A stretch of 48,964 nt of DNA from Octopus bimaculoides (lineage: Eukaryota), in contig NC_069008.1 in the NCBI RefSeq assembly GCF_001194135.2, positions 10,979,412-11,028,375 on the forward strand, written 5' to 3'. Under the pieces are notes generated by a model. That model saw only the letters and a program-made list of their open reading frames with translations, was not told the DNA's origin and made no database searches. Within the stretch, counting starts at the first letter, position 1. Each line of letters opens with the position of its first letter. Position numbers and translations under genes: made by a program. This document shows, piece after piece, positions 23,076 to 33,609 of the stretch.

Positions 23076-24824
23076 TGACTTGTGTTTGTTTCTCTATCAC
23101 TTTTCTCTTGATCATCATATCTAGATGCAGTAAAGGATTTCAAGGTTCCACATAACAGCCTCCAAGGCATCCCCAAGCTGTCCATCTAATGCTTGATTTG
23201 TCATGGTGGCATCAAGTGCATCTTCAGCCTGATCTATGAAGAGACTCATGGTGTTTTCAACATGATTCTCATCAATGTGAATGTGATCAGACCCCTTTTC
23301 CTTCAAAATGGTCAACATGTATTTCCTGTAGTGCATTTTGAACAGTGTCATCCAATTCATCTATACCTTAGCTTTATTGGTATTTTCTCTTTCACTTCAA
23401 GTTGCTCATTGTCTGTGAAAACAGCTTCATAGGCAGGGATTCCAGACCCTTTGTCTCTACTCAGGATTTCATTTTATGATGGGAGAATGTAGACTACTCC
23501 CTAAACCCACCTCATTTTTATGACCCCCAGAGAAAAAAAAACATCATCAGAATTATAATGAATCAAAAATTAGATCCATTCACAGAAAAATTTATAAAGA
23601 CATTGATTCCACAAAAACCCTGCACATGATGGAAAAAAGAACCACAGAAACTGTAACAAAACCCCTTTTCTTTACTTTCTTCTTTTCCCTTTTTTCTCCC
23701 TCTTAAACCAGCATGACCGAACTTTTGGTGATCCACATTTTTTATATTCTTTGCCAATCATTTTTGATATTATTGACTTTTGTGAACATTTAATCATTCA
23801 AATATGTTTTCTACTTTGCAATTTAAAATTTTTTAAATCCCATATGGTTATATCATTGATAAATAAAGCATTGTTGAAACTAGTTTGATATATTAAAAAC
23901 AATTACAAGTTTTTCAAATTCAGGCATATTTTCAACAAATTCTATATTTTTTCCTGTGTGAAAATACACCCCTTCTTTCCTTATATATTTATTACTCAAA
24001 ACAGTTTGATTGTGTTCCATGTGACTTAAATTTTCACAGGCCTCTAAGAGAAAACTGTAAATATATACGACTTGCAAAATCAAAAAGATGTTCTCATTCC
24101 AGCATTTAATTCAGATATAAATAATAATATGAAGCAAAGACATGCACAGGGTCACCATCACATACATACATTGACCAAGTTACTCTTACATGCACTCACA
24201 CTCATTTACACATGAATTTGCATAAAGGCAGGGGCCAAATTCAACATTTTCTGCTGAGAGGCACATAAGACCTCATTATACAAGCATGCTTACTTTTCAC
24301 AGCAGAAAATGATAGATCTTACATTACATTTCAAATTATTCAAATATGCTGTGGTGATTGATTGATTAATTAATTAACGAGGACAGAATGATTTCTGCTT
24401 TGTCTTTAGTAAACTTATTTATCAGAAAACTTTAATATTGAATGCCAACATAAAGTGAGAAGTGTGTGCATGAGTGACATCACATTGGGAAGCAACAAAC
24501 TTCTGACCATACAGCCTTGCCCGTGCTTTTAATATATATTGATTCCAAAACACTTATTACAAGCAAGAAACCCTTTCGTGTGTTGGAAAAAAAGAAGAAC
24601 CACAGAAACTGTAACAAAACTGCTTTTCTTTACTTTCTTTTTCTCCCTTTTTTCTCTCCTTTAAACCAGCATGACTGAACTTTTGGTGATCCACATTTTT
24701 TATATTCTTCATCAACCATCTTTGATATCATTGAATTTTGTGAACATTAAATCATTCAAACATGTTTTCTACTTTTGCAATTTAACATTTTTTACGTTTA
24801 TACCATTGATAAACAAAAAACTGT

Positions 24825-25102
24825 TATTCTTTTACTTGTTTCAGTCATTTGACAAATCAATCCCAGTAAGCTAGTACTTATTCTATTGGGTCCTTTTGCC
24901 AAACTTAGCAGTTACGGAGACATAAACACACCAACATCGGTTGTCAGGCGATGGTGGGGGGGTGGGGACAAACACAAAAATACAAATACATACATACATA
25001 CATACATACACACATATATATATATGACAAGCTTCTTTCAGTTTCCGTCTACCAAATCACAAGGCTTTGGTTGGCCCAGGACTATAGTAAAAGACATTGC
25101 TC

Positions 25103-25108
<6 letters not shown>
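24825..25108 (-). mobile_element. tRNA-derived SINE, head-truncated
   Basis: Reverse complement tail and core, ending at (TA)n. Confidence 0.85.
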
Positions 25109-25144
<36 letters not shown>

Positions 25145-25459
25145 NNNNNNNNNNNNNNNNNNNNNNNNNNNNNNNNNNNNNNNNNNNNNNNNNNNNNNNN
25201 NNNNNNNNNNNNNNNNNNNNNNNNNNNNNNNNNNNNNNNNNNNNNNNNNNNNNNNNNNNNNNNNNNNNNNNNNNNNNNNNNNNNNNNNNNNNNNNNNNNN
25301 NNNNNNNNNNNNNNNNNNNNNNNNNNNNNNNNNNNNNNNNNNNNNNNNNNNNNNNNNNNNNNNNNNNNNNNNNNNNNNNNNNNNNNNNNNNNNNNNNNNN
25401 NNNNNNNNNNNNNNNNNNNNNNNNNNNNNNNNNNNNNNNNNNNNTATATATATATATAT

Positions 25460-26605
25460 ATACAAAGGAACTGTACGGAAGTGGTTTGCAAGGTTCTGAG
25501 CTGGAGATTGTAGCCTTATTGATAAAGAGCGATCAGGCAGACCATCCACTACAGATGATGTTAAAATCAAGTCATTAATTGAGAATAACCCACATTGCAC
25601 AACCCGAGAATTGGCAGAAAGCTTCAACCTATCAAAATCTATCATTCATGAACACCTGGCAAAGCTTGGGTACACAAATCACTACAATGCTTGGGTACCA
25701 CATGAGTTGAGTGAGAAGAACCTTTTGGATTGCACTTCTATCTGTGATTCGCGCTATAAATGGAATGGAAATGTGCCTTTTTAAAGCAAATTGTGACAGG
25801 TGATGAGAAATGGATTATCTACCTGTTGTGTCGACACCCCCAAGCGAAGAAGTAGGATCGCCCAAGACATATAAATAGAGGTAATCTAGCCGTAGTAGGG
25901 AGTTGAGTAGCCGTCAAGTAGTGGTTGAGTAGAGATCATCTGAAGGTGCTAGATAGCAGTAGCTTGAGACATAACACTACCGAAATGTTCAGAGAAAGCG
26001 ATCCTGGAGTAAGTGACATGAGCCACCCTTAGCCACCCCAAAAGCGAGTCTTCACCCTAAAAAAAGTCTTGCTTTGTGTCTGGTGGGATTGGAAAGGAAT
26101 TCTGTACTATGAGCTTCTCCCAAGTAACCAGACAATTAATTCTGCGAAATACTGCACACAACTGGACGAGTTAAAAGCAGCAATTCAAGAGAAACATCCA
26201 GAATTGGCCAACAAGAAGGCTATTGTTTTCCAACATGATAATGCAAGACTGCACGTTTCTTTGGGAATCAGACAAAAATTGCTGCAGCTTGGCTGGGATG
26301 TGTTACCCCACCCTCCATATTCACCAGATATTGCTCCTTTCGATTTCCACTTATTCATGTCTCTGCAGAATAGTCTTAATGGTAAAAATTTCAATTCCTT
26401 GGATGATGTAAAAAGATACTTTGATGAATTATTTGTCATGAAACCACCTCAATTCTGGGAAGAGGGTATTTTTAAGTTAAAGGAAAGATGGAGATGCATT
26501 GTGCAACAAAATGGTTCATATTTGGTTGAATAAAATGTAATGGCAAGTATTTATTGACCTTTTTCTTTCCTTTAAAAATTGGCACGAAATTTCCAGACAA
26601 CCCAA
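25460..26605 (+). mobile_element. Mariner (DD34D) transposon, 5' end lost in or next to the gap, interrupted by a solo LTR
   Basis: TVRKWFARF..ERSGRPS..TTRELA..WVPHEL, TGDEKWIIY, LCVWWDWKG, HDNAR...YSPDIAPFD with exactly 34 residues between the second and third Asp. 3' TIR at 26576-26605 followed by TA. Confidence 0.95.
25824..25976. mobile_element. 153-bp solo LTR
   Basis: Starts TGTTGTGTC, ends GACATAACA (TG...CA, 8/9 inverted match). CTACC duplicated at 25819-25823 and 25977-25981. TATAAATA at 25870-25877. Removing it restores transposase IIYRNVQRKRSW. Confidence 0.9.
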
Positions 26606-27170
26606 TAGTTTTGATTTATTGTCAGGTGATTTTTGGCCAGTCCTATATGTACATAAATATTATATATATGCATATTTATAATACATTATTTAAAACAGTT
26701 GTATTGTGCTTCATGTGACTTAAAGTTTCACAGGCCTCTCAGAGAAGTCTGTCTCTTTCAGGCTTAGATTACCAAATGGAGACACGCCAATCTTACTCTG
26801 GCAACACCATGTGACCTGCCTTAACCAATAGCAGCCTATTTTCTTGTAGCCATCTTGGACTTCCTTTGTTTTTCTATTCAGTTAATCAAAGCCTGGAAGT
26901 GATGGGTTTCTGTTAGAAGCCTGAGTAAGTTGCATGGAGCTGAATCAACATGTTTTAAATCATACATGTATCCCTTAATCCCCTGCTAAATATGTTGAGT
27001 ATCTTTTTCTTTCAACTGTCCACTCAATCATGTATATATATATATACATGATTATTACATACAAAAAGTATTTGTTCATCAAGATATATCCTATTATATT
27101 CTATTGTTTCTTGCCATCATTGTGCCAGAAACTTAATTCCATCATTATACAATTTGGTTGATTCAGAAAA

Positions 27171-27702
27171 CATCTTGGGAAAGCTCCGTACATGATGCTG
27201 TGTGTTAAAGAACACTGAATGTTCGGGACAGGTGAGACAATTTTGCTTGAGGTGAATGAGAATGATAGATATTGATATTTCACTATTGTTATGGCTCTTC
27301 AGTACTGTTTACTTGATTCATTTCAAAACAAATTGAATCCTTTTGTTTATATGTGAATTTGCAAATTGGTATATAAACAAAGCACATGTACTATATGTGT
27401 GCAACCAGTAATGTTTTCATTGTCAGAATTGCTTTTAATTTTGAATTTAATTTTGTTTCACATATGCTGATCCACAGTACTTCAGCAAATAGCCTTCACA
27501 CTATTTGCATATATGTTTCATACCAGTAATTCATTTTGTTTTGTGGTGTGTTGAATACATTATACCAAAGAGCTGCGATAATATAATAGCAAAGTATCAA
27601 TATTATCATTCTCATTCACCTCAGAGCAAGTTGTCTCATTTGCTCTGAGACATCCAGTGTTCTTTAACACTCGGCTTCATGTAATGGAACTTTTCCAGGA
27701 TG
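27171..27702. mobile_element. Old foldback/inverted-repeat element
   Basis: About 27171-27340 is the diverged reverse complement of about 27529-27702 (for example TATCATTCTCATTCACCTCA and CAGTGTTCTTTAACAC). Confidence 0.7.
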
Positions 27703-27811
27703 CTATACTGCAGCAAAATGACATGTAAACAAACCATACGTTATGTATGTATGATCAATAATGTTTACATTAGACCTCTATTTATTCAAAATGTAATATA
27801 TATATATATAT

Positions 27812-27844
<33 letters not shown>

Positions 27845-27981
27845 GTTTAACGTCCGCTTTCCATGCTAGCATGGGTTGGACGATTTGACTGAGGACTGGT
27901 GAAACCGGATGGCAACACCAGGCTCCAGTCTGATTTGGCAGAGTTTCTACAGCTGGATGCCCTTCCTAACGCCAACCACTC

Positions 27982-27984
<3 letters not shown>
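27812..27984 (-). mobile_element. Young RTE 3' tail inserted within (TA)n
   Basis: (CAT)n tail; 27841-27984 differs from the reverse complement of the copy at about 46690-46835 at one position. Confidence 0.95.
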
Positions 27985-28051
<67 letters not shown>

Positions 28052-29099
28052 TCTTTATTCTTTTACTCTGTCTCATTTCCTCTAGAGACATAGTGACTTC
28101 TGGAATGAAACCCCCAACATAAATGGACCATCACTGACATGATCCCCATCTTACTCACCCAGCACCCACAATTGCCAGCTCTGTTTCCGCAAAAAAGACT
28201 GCATATTTGCCACCAACCTGCAGTATATCTCAAAAAAAAATATGAACTTGCTGCCATCAGAACTTCAAACCCTTGGTCACCAACAACCCAGATATACCAG
28301 CCTAACATTGGCTGCACCTCAGGACTGGCTGCCCCATAACCAAGGACAGGATTCCTAACCATCAATGCTTACACAAACCACACACTGATCTTCAAACCTT
28401 ATGCATCCCGTGTTACCCCCTATGTTCATCTCCATAGGTGTGAGTGTGTGTACAAACAAACACAAATACATCAATGTATGTTTGCTTTCTTTCTCTTACT
28501 TTCTTCCTCTGACACCACCAAACCTCAATCCAATGCCAAATCTGGCCCCCCCCCCACTCCCACAATAGTGTAGCAACCACACTAGCATGCATTTGCCATG
28601 CTCGCATACATAAATCACCAAAAGTATTCATACGTATACGTACACATATCCACCAGATAAAATCACATGCATGCATGCAAATATATGTTCTTCCAGACAA
28701 ATACACTCACATCCACTCACATTACACACACAAATACTGAACTGTCCCTACTCATGTTCATCAATCATTCATACACACACACACGCACCCATACATCCAT
28801 CCAAAACACATATGCACATACACATGTATACAGCAGGCACTGATGCACACGTATTTACATGCAGACACACACACACATACAACAAATACACATGCAGCTG
28901 ATATACACAGCTGACACATACACCCACGTATTCGCACATGTAAGTACTGAGACATGGCTGATATGCACCTGATCCCACACCTACACACACCTTAGGAAAC
29001 ACATGCATATGCACTAATGAACAGATGTCATCAGATACCCACATCTATGCACTCACCTCTTTTCTTGCTCACTTTCTTTCGTTGTATCTATAAATATAT

Positions 29100-29500
29100 A
29101 TCTTATCTTTTATCCTTTACATTTATAAAGATTTGACTGCGGCCACGCTGGGGCACCACCTTGAAGAATTTTTTTTAGGTGAATGAAATGACCCCAGCAC
29201 TTTATTTTTTAAAGTCTGGTACTTGTTATTTTGATCTCTTTTGCTGAACCACTAAGTTACAGGGATGTAAACACACCAACATTGGTTGCAAAGCTGTGGC
29301 GGAAGACAAACACAGACAAAAAGACACGCACACATAGAAATATATACGAAGAACTTCTTTCAGCTCGCTTCTGCCAAATCTGCTCACAAGGCTTTGATCA
29401 GCCCAAGGCTATAGTAGAAGACACTTGGCCAGGTGCCACACAATGAGACTGAACCCAGAACCATGTGGCTGAAACACAAACTTCTTACTCTCTGGCCATC
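29100..29500 (-). mobile_element. tRNA-derived SINE
   Basis: Reverse complement head, core and tail. Confidence 0.85.
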
Positions 29501-29919
29501 TTTTTGCCTATATGTACTATTTTATTAAGGTCAGCAAAATCTTCACAAACTGTTACTCAAAGTCTCATATGACCATTCATCAGGCATTTGTGACAATGCA
29601 GAATAATTAGATTACATGAGTATATATGATATAATATAGTCTTTAGTGGATACATTTCAATGAATAAGCATTTCAGCCTGATTGGGTGACTAATTTCAAA
29701 ATAATAATGTGTATAATTGGCTGCTAGTAGGGGTCAACTGTAGCAGAGAAATAAATATAAATGAAATTTTGTATAAAAGCAAGTAAACAAAAGAACAGAA
29801 TAAAATAGACTATGTCCAGAAACATGAATTGCGAATAATTGAAAAGAATTATTTGCAGAAGTCAAAATGGGTGGGGGCTTAAAATAGAAATTAGAATTGA
29901 TATTAAAGATACATTTATA

Positions 29920-30326
29920 TAGCTGCCTGGCTTCTGTGCCGGTGGCCCGTAAATAGCACCATTAGAGTGTAATCAGTACCAGCGTTGCCTTCTAGCACTT
30001 GTGCTGGTGGCACGTTAGAAAATCATTCGAGCAAGGTCGTTGCCAGTGCCGCTGGACTGGCTCCCATGCAGGTGGCACGTAAAAACACCTTTTTGAGTGT
30101 GGCCATTGCCAGTACTGTGTGTCTGGCCCTCATGCCGGTGGCATGTAAAAGCACCCACTGCACTCTCGGAGTGGTTGGCATTAGGAAGAGCATCCAGCAG
30201 TAGAAACTCTGCCAGATCAGATTGGAGCCTGGTGCAGCCTTCTTGCTTGCCAGTCCTCAGTCAAATCGTCCAACCCATGCTAGCATGGAAAGCGGACGTT
30301 AAACGATGATGATGATGATGATGATG
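29920..30326 (+). mobile_element. RTE 3' UTR copy with (GAT)n tail
   Basis: GCCAGT..ACTGGC units and the family terminal sequence. Confidence 0.9.
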
Positions 30327-30404
30327 TATAGGTGGGTTGGTGCAAACAGGAAAAATAGATCTCAAAAAATGAATATGTGTATATTTTTTCACTAATATTT
30401 AGCA

Positions 30405-30595
30405 GACAGCGAGCTGGCAGAAACCTTAGCATGTTAGATGAAATGCTTAAAGGTATTTTATCTGCTGTTATGTTCTGAGTTCAAATTCCGCAGAGGTCAA
30501 CTTTGCCTTTTATCCTTTCGAGGTTGATTAAATAAGTACCAATTATGCACTAGGGTTGATGTAATTGACTTAATCCCTTTGTTTGTCCTCTCTAT
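30405..30595 (+). mobile_element. Second SINE family
   Basis: AGCGAGCTGGCAGAA head, GAGTTCAAATTCC B-box-like motif, and AAATAAGTACCA...GGGTTGAT segment related to the main SINE tail. Confidence 0.7.
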
Positions 30596-30681
30596 AATAA
30601 GTTTGATAAGTGCCAACGCCTGAAACTTTCAGACCTTGAGTCACTCCATTACTTCTGCTAAATATTAATAAAGTATATATA

Positions 30682-30770
30682 AAGTAATCCCTTGACTATC
30701 GTGGGTGTTACATTCTGAACCCCACTGCGATAGGTGAAAATCTGCAAAGTGGAAACAGTACTGTATAATC
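30682..30770 (+). mobile_element. Tigger/pogo-like terminal fragment
   Basis: TA followed by (A)AGTAATCCCTTGACTATCGTGGG..CCCCACTGCGATAGGTGAAAATCTGC resembles CAGTA-starting pogo-type termini; recognised from memory. Confidence 0.45.
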
Positions 30771-30824
30771 ATTTTTTATCATTTTTATAATTTGTATATA
30801 TTTATTTTATTATAAATGCAAATA

Positions 30825-31329
30825 ATGGGCTGTTGGATGTCACTTAAAGTCCATTTCCTTGATTCACATCTGGACTTTTTTGCGGAGAACCTTGGAGCAA
30901 GGGGAATGCTTTCATCAAGATATTGCATCGATGGAACAACGATATCAAGGATTTTGGAATGCAGGAATCTTAGCTGACTACTGTTGGATGTTATACAGGG
31001 ATGAATCTGAGACAAAACACCATAGAAAGTCCAAATCCCAAAGATTTTAAGTTGCTATGCATTCGAGTGTATTCTAACTTATTTGTACACAATAATTTTA
31101 ATTTTGTACAGTAAAAAGCCATGAAATTATTGTTATCTTGTATTCAATATACTTTATATAGACATGCTTTACGTATCCTATAAGTTAAAACAGCAGGTAT
31201 CATTAACATGAAAATGTGACCTGATAGAGGAAACCAGACTTCAGATTCGTAATCAGCATCAAAAATTAACGCAGAAAAGTCAATCAGCAACTCTGAGGAT
31301 TAAAAAAAGTTTCATTTTGTTGACCAGTG
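30825..31329 (+). mobile_element. CMC/Chapaev3-like DNA transposon 3' end
   Basis: GCWMSLKVHFLDSHLDFFAENLGA [short deletion] QGECFHQDIASMEQRYQGFWNAGILADYCW. Element ends ...GTTGACCAGTG (CACTG terminus) followed by TTA. Confidence 0.75.
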
Positions 31330-31529
31330 TTACTAAGGTGGCTATTCACAATTTACAACTGAAAGACAGAAGTATAGTCATCATTAAAGTGACTGAGGGT
31401 GTTAGCCAACACCAGCATTGCTAGAAATAAGAGTCAAAACAACTCTTAGCCATGTGGGAGCACTTTTCTAATGACTATAAATGTATATGTGTGTGTATGT
31501 ATGTGTATACATATGTGTGTATGTATACA

Positions 31530-31780
31530 TAGGTGCAGGCATGGCTGTATGGTAAGAGGTTTGCTTCTCAATCACATGATTCTAGGTTCAGTCCCACTGC
31601 ATGTCATCTTGGAGCTAGTGTCTTTTACTATAGCCTCAGGCTGACCAAAACCCTGTGAATGGATTTGTTTGGTAAACAGAAACTAAAACAAGCCTGTAGT
31701 ATATATAAATGTATATATGTATGGGTGTCTTTGTGATTGGTTTGTCCCCCACCACTGCTTGATAACTAATGTTGGTGTGT
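31530..31780 (+). mobile_element. SINE head, core and start of tail
   Basis: GGTGCAGGCATGGCTGTATGGTAAG head; GGTTCAGTCCC B-box-like motif. Confidence 0.85.
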
Positions 31781-31785
31781 ATGTA

Positions 31786-31835
<50 letters not shown>

Positions 31836-33092
31836 AAATAAATTCAAAAAAGGATAAAACTCTTTTACAAGAATTTTATCAAGAAGCCAGTGTGTAAAAA
31901 AATTCATAAGGGAAATTTCTATTCCCAAGAATATAATTATTCGTTTATATTTATATAAAGGGCATTATTACAGAAAAATAATAANNNNNNNNNNNNNNNN
32001 NNNNNNNNNNNNNNNNNNNNNNNNNNNNNNNNNNNNNNNNNNNNNNNNNNNNNNNNNNNNNNNNNNNNNNNNNNNNNNNNNNNNNNNNNNNNNNNNNNNN
32101 NNNNNNNNNNNNNNNNNNNNNNNNNNNNNNNNNNNNNNNNNNNNNNNNNNNNNNNNNNNNNNNNNNNNNNNNNNNNNNNNNNNNNNNNNNNNNNNNNNNN
32201 NNNNNNNNNNNNNNNNNNNNNNNNNNNNNNNNNNNNNNNNNNNNNNNNNNNNNNNNNNNNNNNNNNNNNNNNNNNNNNNNNNNNNNNNNNNNNNNNNNNN
32301 NNNNNNNNNNNNNNNNNNNNNNNNNNNNNNNNNNNNNNNNNNNNNNNNNNNNNNNNNNNNNNNNNNNNNNNNNNNNNNNNNNNNNNNNNNNNNNNNNNNN
32401 NNNNNNNNNNNNNNNNNNNNNNNNNNNNNNNNNNNNNNNNNNNNNNNNNNNNNNNNNNNNNNNNNNNNNNNNNNNNNNNNNNNNNNNNNNNNNNNNNNNN
32501 NNNNNNNNNNNNNNNNNNNNNNNNNNNNNNNNNNNNNNNNNNNNNNNNNNNNNNNNNNNNNNNNNNNNNNNNNNNNNNNNNNNNNNNNNNNNNNNNNNNN
32601 NNNTATATGTATGTATGTATATCTATGTTGGAATATTCTCTCATACATACATACATACATGTGTGTGTGTGTGCATGTGCATACATGTATGTGCATGCAT
32701 GTGTGCATGCGCATGGGTGTGTGTTTGAACATTTAAGTAATCAAAATATTGAAATTGGCTTTTGTTTCTAATATTGAAAAATAGGAAGAAAATAAATAAA
32801 TAAACCATTATGAAAATTAAGAATCAGACAATTTCTTTCTTTATTTGCTTTTATTCTTACTGGCATCTTCATAAATATGTAGTTTAAAACAAAAGTCATG
32901 CTTTCATTAATATTCTCTTAATGAAATTTAGTTTCCATCTATTCAGAAAAATGGAAGAAAGTGATCTGATTACATTGGTCTAATTCTGTGATCCAATATA
33001 TGGCTCTGGCTGGAGCCTTTTGTCTTTTGCATATGCATTCTACAACCAGAAAGGAGTAAAGGCAGATGAACAATTTTAAATATAAATGCACA

Positions 33093-33152
<60 letters not shown>

Positions 33153-33554
33153 AGTGGCTGTGTGGTAAGTAGCTTGCCTACCAACCACATGGTTCCAGGT
33201 TCATTCCCACAGCATGGCATCTTAGGCGAGTGTCTTTTTCTATAGCCTCGAGCCGACCAAAGCCTTGTGAGTGGATTTAGTAGACGGAAACTGAAAGAAG
33301 CCTGTCGTATATATATATATATATATATACACATGTGTATATGTCTGTGTTTGTCCCCCAACATCTCAACATCGCTTGACAACCGATGCTGGTGTATTTA
33401 CATCCCCGTAACTTAGCAGTTCGGCAAAAGAGACCAATAGAATAAGTACTAGGCTTCCAAAGAATAAGTCCTGGGGTCGATTTGCTCGACTAAAGGCGGT
33501 GCTCCAGCATGGCCGCAGTCAAATGACTGAAACAAGTAAAAGAGTAAAAGAGTA
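33153..33554 (+). mobile_element. tRNA-derived SINE, best-preserved copy
   Basis: TGGCTGTGTGG (33155-33165), GGTTCATTCCC (33198-33208), CpGs retained, (AAAAGAGT)n tail. Confidence 0.95.
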
Positions 33555-33556
33555 CA

Positions 33557-33605
33557 CTAGCAGTAAAACCTGTCGATGATCGGGTAATTAATTTTACTGG
33601 TTATT
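33557..33605 (-). mobile_element. Probable Helitron 3' terminus remnant
   Basis: Minus strand ACCCGATCATCGACAGGT imperfect hairpin (33585-33568), 7-nt spacer, CTAG (33560-33557), then T; same geometry as 2321-2348. Confidence 0.5.
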
Positions 33606-33609
33606 GTAA

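Larger units (their letters stand above)
23600..26750. repeat. Old direct duplication: copy 1 about 23600-24060; copy 2 about 24538-24825, resuming about 26606-26750
   Basis: AGAACCACAGAAACTGTAACAAAAC...CCAGCATGAC.GAACTTTTGGTGATCCACATTTTTTATATTC occurs at about 23638 and 24596. CATGTGACTTAAA.TTTCACAGGCCTCT occurs at about 24018 and 26712. Confidence 0.8.

Noticed and set aside
23627-24600. Paired LTRs suggested by TGATGG/TGTTGG starts of the direct repeat
   Set aside because: Homology extends upstream of the TG, there is no CA end, target-site duplication or primer-binding site.
27166-27236. Candidate plus-strand exon ending CAG|GTGAGA
   Set aside because: All three frames contain stops and the segment lies in the arm of an inverted-repeat element.
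28090-28430. Possible Penelope linker/endonuclease remnant (HPQLPALFPQ...)
   Set aside because: Resemblance too weak to call without a profile search.
32940-33039. Good minus-strand acceptor (CTTTACTCCTTTCTGGTTGTAG) with short reading frames
   Set aside because: No strong donor, no recognisable peptide and no partner exons; needs RNA-seq.
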